From IMG/VR virus record IMGVR_UViG_3300032334_001259, positions 1-64,000 of that record: DNA of 64,000 bases. One strand, given 5' to 3'. A program made the translations under genes and the position numbers. Below, piece by piece: positions 59,523 to 64,000 of the stretch. The notes below the pieces were generated by a model that was not told the DNA's origin, made no database searches, and was given only the letters and a program-made list of their open reading frames with translations. Within the stretch, counting starts at the first letter, position 1, and each line of letters starts with the position of its first letter.

Positions 59523-60019
59523 GCAAAAGCAGTTTTTAATTTTTGTAAGAAACTTTGCTTTCTTGGTTGTGTAACTTGCTTTGGTTCTGGTTTAGGTTCA
59601 GGTGTTGGTTCTTGTTTTACAACATCAGGTTTTCCAAGTCCTGCACCTGCTGCCCAAAATGCTTTTGCATCTTTGCTTTGTGCTGGACTTGGTGCTACAT
59701 CATTACCTAATTCACGAACAAAATTATACATAGCACTGGCAATACCCCGTCTTTGGTGACTAGTTCTTACATTTACAAATGAAACTTCTAAATTTTCACC
59801 TTTTGGAATAAATCTTCCAAAACCTACAGCATCTATACTATTTGCTAATTCAGGATCGTCTTTATCAGTAACATATACTATAATACCAGGAGACTTGGCA
59901 TCATCTTTTGTTTGTGCAAATAAAAAATATTTTCCACCCATAATTGGTTTATGCCATTTTTTATTTGGTTCTAAACTATTAGGGTTTAACTTTTCTGGTA
60001 AAAATTCACTTGCTCGCAT
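59519..60019 (-). CDS. GNAT-like acetyltransferase with CTS-like N-terminus
   Basis: MRASEFLPE start; V...HQRRGIASAMY acetyl-CoA motif A; AKAFW. Confidence 0.65.
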   Translation of the reverse strand: MRASEFLPEKLNPNSLEPNKKWHKPIMGGKYFLFAQTKDDAKSPGIIVYVTDKDDPELANSIDAVGFGRFIPKGENLEVSFVNVRTSHQRRGIASAMYNFVRELGNDVAPSPAQSKDAKAFWAAGAGLGKPDVVKQEPTPEPKPEPKQVTQPRKQSFLQKLKTAFA

Positions 60020-60398
60020 TTTTTCTTTTACCACTATTTGCGTTTACAGGACTTTTTTGATTTACATCTGGATGTTCATGTGTATTGTCATATCTGTGTG
60101 ATTTTACTGCAGCATGACCAGTTGCTTTACTTGCACCTTGCATTGCTAACATATCACCATCACTATAAGGTGCAATAATTAATTTATCACCAAGTGCAGT
60201 TTGGTCATCATAAGCATCTGGTTGTGGTTCGGGACTACGAGCCATAAGAATACCATAACGATACATTCTGTAAAAATTTTGGCTGGCATCTGGAATTATG
60301 AAAGCACCAGGAACTTCACGTGCTTCATAATCTTTGTGGTCAGCTGCAAAGTCTTTTTCATAATCTTCTTGTTCAGTTATAAATTCTTTTGCTCTCAT
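60006..60398 (-). CDS. putative internal head protein, paralog family A
   Basis: MRAKEFITE; YRMYR; NQKSPV..NSG. Confidence 0.6.
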   Translation of the reverse strand: MRAKEFITEQEDYEKDFAADHKDYEAREVPGAFIIPDASQNFYRMYRYGILMARSPEPQPDAYDDQTALGDKLIIAPYSDGDMLAMQGASKATGHAAVKSHRYDNTHEHPDVNQKSPVNANSGKRKNASK

Positions 60399-61488
60399 TA
60401 TATCTATTTACCAAAAGTTCAGTGCATTGTTGTTTAACAAAATCGTCAAAAGGAAAATTCATAAGGTGGTTGAAATTATGTTCTACTATTGGTTTTACTT
60501 TTTCTAAAACAAATTCTTGTGGTAAATTTAATAACTGTTCTACGCATTTCCATGCTTTTTCATATCTTTGTTCATTATTCTCAATTAAATCATATGATTC
60601 ATCTATAATGTCGCAAAATGTTTTAAATCCTACCTCTTGTAATGAACGTAAAAAGTATTGCCCACTGAATATAATAAAAAGTCGCTTTCCCAAAATTGGT
60701 TTAGCAGTTTTCTCTGTTGGAAAACTTACACCATTTTTGTAACCAGTTTCTGTTACTATTGTATAAGCAGATTTATTGTATACTCCAAAAGGAATTACAT
60801 GAGCAATCCATACAGGTTTATCATAATAAGTTATAGGATTACTACTCATTAGCTTTGAATAACTATTTTTATTTTCAATATACTGACTATAATCTACGTC
60901 ATCATCTCTATACCAGGATTCACTTGTAATATCGTTTAGGTAGCTTGTTATAATTCTATCTTGTAAATTATTCTCGGTAATTTTTTTATAAACAAAATCT
61001 CTATGAAATCGCTGTGATCCTAGCAGTGCATCAAATGTAAAAGGTTTAGGGGATAATGGATTTAGTTCATCTAACTTAAATTTTAAATCTTTATAGATTC
61101 TAACACATTGTTCTAACCAACTTAAATTAGTAAAAGACTTAAGTTTAAATACTTCATGATTTATTATTCCACCCGTTACAGCAAATATTTTTGGATTTCT
61201 TAAAACTTCGGAATATATATTTTTATCACCACAAGTATTAAAATTGTAATCGTGTAATTCTTCATTCCAAATCAGTAATAAATCACAATTATTTGACAAA
61301 TCAGTGTATTCAATGATTCTTTCTTTTATATTACGATCTATATTACTATAAAAAATACTTTCACGTTTTATTAGTATTCTAAATGATTTTGAATTTACAA
61401 ATCTATCCCAATCATAACATTGTTCATAATCAAAGGTAAAAATTTTTTGAAAAAAATCTAAACCATAAACAATAACATCCAAAGTCAT
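60373..61488 (-). CDS. GT10/fucosyltransferase-like putative glycosyltransferase
   Basis: IVTET...PTEKTAKPI...GFKTF..IIDESYD...R; AT-rich. Confidence 0.5.
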   Translation of the reverse strand: MTLDVIVYGLDFFQKIFTFDYEQCYDWDRFVNSKSFRILIKRESIFYSNIDRNIKERIIEYTDLSNNCDLLLIWNEELHDYNFNTCGDKNIYSEVLRNPKIFAVTGGIINHEVFKLKSFTNLSWLEQCVRIYKDLKFKLDELNPLSPKPFTFDALLGSQRFHRDFVYKKITENNLQDRIITSYLNDITSESWYRDDDVDYSQYIENKNSYSKLMSSNPITYYDKPVWIAHVIPFGVYNKSAYTIVTETGYKNGVSFPTEKTAKPILGKRLFIIFSGQYFLRSLQEVGFKTFCDIIDESYDLIENNEQRYEKAWKCVEQLLNLPQEFVLEKVKPIVEHNFNHLMNFPFDDFVKQQCTELLVNRYNESKRIYN

Positions 61489-61661
61489 TTTTTCTTTGGG
61501 GGTTTTTCATGAGTTAAAAATGGTCTTGCAAACCATAATTTAAACCAATCTTCTGTACCTGGTTTTATTTTTTCACGTTTTTCACGATTATGCAAGTGAG
61601 TTCCATGCTTACTTGTAGCATATCCAAGACTTTTATCATCACCAAATTCTTGATATCTCAT
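61485..61661 (-). CDS. small protein with CTS-like start (58 aa, not in ORF track)
   Basis: ATGA coupling at both ends; MRYQEFGDD...IKPGTEDWFKLWFARP. Confidence 0.65.
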   Translation of the reverse strand: MRYQEFGDDKSLGYATSKHGTHLHNREKREKIKPGTEDWFKLWFARPFLTHEKPPKKK

Positions 61662-62017
61662 TTTCTTTTAGATTTGCCACTATTAAAAGGCACTGGACTT
61701 GTTTTATTAATTTGAGGCATTTCGCTGCTATCTTTTGTCGTGAGTTCTTTACTTGTATATCCCATATTTTTACCAGCCTTAATAGCAATCTCTTCATCTG
61801 CTGGTGTATAACTTATTGTAACCATATTTGGTCCTGTTGGACCATCTTTAGGCATATCATTATCGGGACAACCTGCCATTGCTACTAACATTCTATACAT
61901 ATCGTATGGATTACCGTTACTTAATTGAGGCCAAACACGTGCACCTGGTATACCAAATATTGCATTTTTAGGTAATTTACTATGACCAAGAGATTCTATT
62001 ATTTCTTTAAATCTCAT
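61658..62017 (-). CDS. putative internal head protein, paralog family A
   Basis: MRFKEIIE; YDMYR; NKTSPV..NSG. Confidence 0.6.
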   Translation of the reverse strand: MRFKEIIESLGHSKLPKNAIFGIPGARVWPQLSNGNPYDMYRMLVAMAGCPDNDMPKDGPTGPNMVTISYTPADEEIAIKAGKNMGYTSKELTTKDSSEMPQINKTSPVPFNSGKSKRK

Positions 62018-62367
62018 TTCTTTCTCCTTGCTCCACTATTATGTGGAACAGGACTTACTTTATTATTAGAGTCAGGTTCACGACCTTTTTCTTTTGTAAT
62101 CCACTTTGATTTATGTCCAAGACCTTTTATAGCATTATTAAGCATATCCATTTCTTCTGGACAATAAGCAGCAGCAAGTGGCTGATCACGGAAATGTTCA
62201 TGCTCGTGTGGTGCTTTGTGATGTGGATGTGCGGCAACTACTGTCATAAAACGATAATAATCATAACCTGAATCCATATCAGGATATACTAAACTTGGTG
62301 GCATTGTGCTTATATGCTCACCATTGGTTTTTGATTTTGCTTCTATAACAAATTCTGCGGCTCTCAT
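62014..62367 (-). CDS. putative internal head protein, paralog family A
   Basis: MRAAEFVIE; YDYYR; NKVSPV..NSG. Confidence 0.6.
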   Translation of the reverse strand: MRAAEFVIEAKSKTNGEHISTMPPSLVYPDMDSGYDYYRFMTVVAAHPHHKAPHEHEHFRDQPLAAAYCPEEMDMLNNAIKGLGHKSKWITKEKGREPDSNNKVSPVPHNSGARRKK

Positions 62368-62386
62368 AAAGATATTTATGAGAAAA

Positions 62387-62977
62387 TTACTTCTTTACAG
62401 GAAGTATCCAATATTTTGCAGTTTCGCTATCTCTGCTGCAATCTACACCTTCAAGAAACAATTTGCTACGCTTTGAATCTGTTCTCTTAAATGAGCATTC
62501 AAATGTTACACGTGCTTCTGTTGCACTTGGATTAATTGCAGTAACTGTAACTTCACTTTCTGGAAGTTGGTCTGTTTCTACAAGACTTGCAACTGCATGA
62601 CGTAGTTTGTAACCTTGTTCAACCATTGTTTCATTAATTTTATTTGCTTTAGCAATATTACGAACAAAATCTTGTGTAATACCAGCAGCTTCCATTGGTG
62701 GTTGATGTAGGAATGATTTTTGAACTTTCTCTCCATCACGTTCAAATGTAAGAACAAACTCTGCCATTTGTTGTGAAACACCTTCACTTAACAAATGATT
62801 ACGGTCAAGCATGTTCCATGCTGCATTATCAAGGTATAATTTAATACTATTATCAGTATGTTCAACAACACTTGCTTGGACACTACGTAAACTATCAATT
62901 TCAATGTTTACAATATCACCAGTTACTGGTGCATTATTTGCTCTTTCTACTGATTTTAAGTAATCACGAAAATTCAT
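62387..62977 (-). CDS. hypothetical (probable head) protein
   Basis: MNFRDYL start; xxE sites (LLSE, INE, LVE). Confidence 0.55.
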   Translation of the reverse strand: MNFRDYLKSVERANNAPVTGDIVNIEIDSLRSVQASVVEHTDNSIKLYLDNAAWNMLDRNHLLSEGVSQQMAEFVLTFERDGEKVQKSFLHQPPMEAAGITQDFVRNIAKANKINETMVEQGYKLRHAVASLVETDQLPESEVTVTAINPSATEARVTFECSFKRTDSKRSKLFLEGVDCSRDSETAKYWILPVKK

Positions 62978-62986
62978 AATAATTCC

Positions 62987-63613
62987 TTAATCAAAATCTA
63001 CTGCAACGTGTGTTGGATTATCACCACCTGCAACCTTTGGATAAGTTCCTTTAGGTCTTGCTAAATCTGTTCCACTTGGAACTGCTGCACGTGTTGGCTT
63101 TACAATTTCATGTGGACTATTTGTATAAGGACGATTTGTAGAATCATCCATAGTAATACTTGTTTCATCACCCATTGGTGGTTCAGCACTAACTGTTGCA
63201 ACGGGAGCGGCAATAGGTGCGGCAATTGTAGCTATTGCTGGTGTATTATCAGCAACCATAGACATGCTTGTTTCTGCATTAATCATACCAGCAAGTTTAA
63301 GAATTTGACCAAGAACAGCATCTTCGCCACTTAAGTCAATCTTAACAGCTTCGGAAACTGGAATACCGTTTAGCTTTGAAACACTACTTATAGCACGACT
63401 TACTTCTTCTGGACTACGATTACTGATTTCACCCAACTTTGCTAAAACATCAAACATTTGTGCGCTATTTGCTGCACGTGATGCGGCAAGACCTTCTCTT
63501 ACTGCACCAGTGTGTGGTGTTAGTTTATTTGCATTATCAATAGCACGACCAATATCTTCGGGGCTACGGTGTGAGATTTGTTCAAGTCTCTTTAATACGT
63601 CAATCATTTCCAT
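62987..63613 (-). CDS. hypothetical (probable head) protein with internal duplication
   Basis: Two copies of M.DVL..L..IS.RSPE...RAI; ILKLAG motif. Confidence 0.6.
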   Translation of the reverse strand: MEMIDVLKRLEQISHRSPEDIGRAIDNANKLTPHTGAVREGLAASRAANSAQMFDVLAKLGEISNRSPEEVSRAISSVSKLNGIPVSEAVKIDLSGEDAVLGQILKLAGMINAETSMSMVADNTPAIATIAAPIAAPVATVSAEPPMGDETSITMDDSTNRPYTNSPHEIVKPTRAAVPSGTDLARPKGTYPKVAGGDNPTHVAVDFD

Positions 63614-63615
63614 AA

Positions 63616-63999
63616 TTATGCTCTCCCCGTTCTTGGGCGTTCTGGTAATTTATTTTTTGTTGTTCCAACTGGACTCTTGTCACCCATTGGAAGGTCATTT
63701 GTTGTTTTGCCTACTTCTGGCTTTACTGCGAACTGATGTTCAATAGTCTTAACTTTTAGTGCATTTGCAAGGTCAGCAAGCAATTGTGGTGCTTTTTGTG
63801 TAGGAAGTGGTGTATCAAGAATTGCACGACCTTCTGCTTCTGGAGCAATAGGTGCGGCAAGAACTTCTTGATTTGGTGTTACAACCATAATACGGCTTAA
63901 TGAAATACCAGTTGCCTCATGAATTGCTGCTTGCATTTCTAATGGACTTATTGGATAATTTACAACCATATCAATGATATAAAGATCGGTTGCCTTTAA
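63616..63999 (-). CDS. hypothetical protein (5' end truncated by window)
   Basis: Frame is open to the window end upstream of the MVVNYP Met. Confidence 0.6.
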   Translation of the reverse strand, partial: LKATDLYIIDMVVNYPISPLEMQAAIHEATGISLSRIMVVTPNQEVLAAPIAPEAEGRAILDTPLPTQKAPQLLADLANALKVKTIEHQFAVKPEVGKTTNDLPMGDKSPVGTTKNKLPERPRTGRA

Positions 64000-64000
64000 G

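Noticed and set aside
1-64000. Stop-codon reassignment
   Set aside because: Core genes are full length in code 11, and TAA, TAG and TGA all end coupled genes.

Overview
This 64 kb window comes from a large, AT-rich, T4-like (myovirus/jumbo-type) phage genome. It is densely coded, almost entirely on the minus strand, with the standard genetic code. A circularly permuted two-piece tmRNA with an ANDN...AA tag points to an alphaproteobacterial host. From left to right it contains: a SleB-type cell-wall hydrolase (partial) and the tmRNA; a baseplate/tail block (lysozyme-fused 1030-aa protein, PAAR, tailspike); glutaredoxin, nrdA/nrdB and a GIY-YIG homing endonuclease; putative internal head proteins; a replication/recombination block (gp41 helicase, gp61 primase, gp62-like, UvsW, UvsY, UvsX, gp32) that also holds two differently miniaturised DnaE (C-family polymerase) homologues; tRNA-Ala; a GDP-sugar biosynthesis/glycosyltransferase cluster; terminase gp17 and more head-associated proteins. 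The most interesting signals are: (1) unrelated proteins, including a GNAT and possibly a nucleotidyltransferase, share an N-terminal MRxxEF-type tag resembling the T4 capsid-targeting sequence, alongside Glu-delimited micro-domains shuffled between proteins; (2) a 186-aa mini-DnaE plus a PHP-less 566-aa DnaE; (3) a widespread leaderless promoter-ATG architecture; (4) a possible 3-C-methyl deoxysugar pathway; (5) NrdB lacking the conserved E350 next to a homing endonuclease. All functional calls come from motif recognition by eye. No database search was run.
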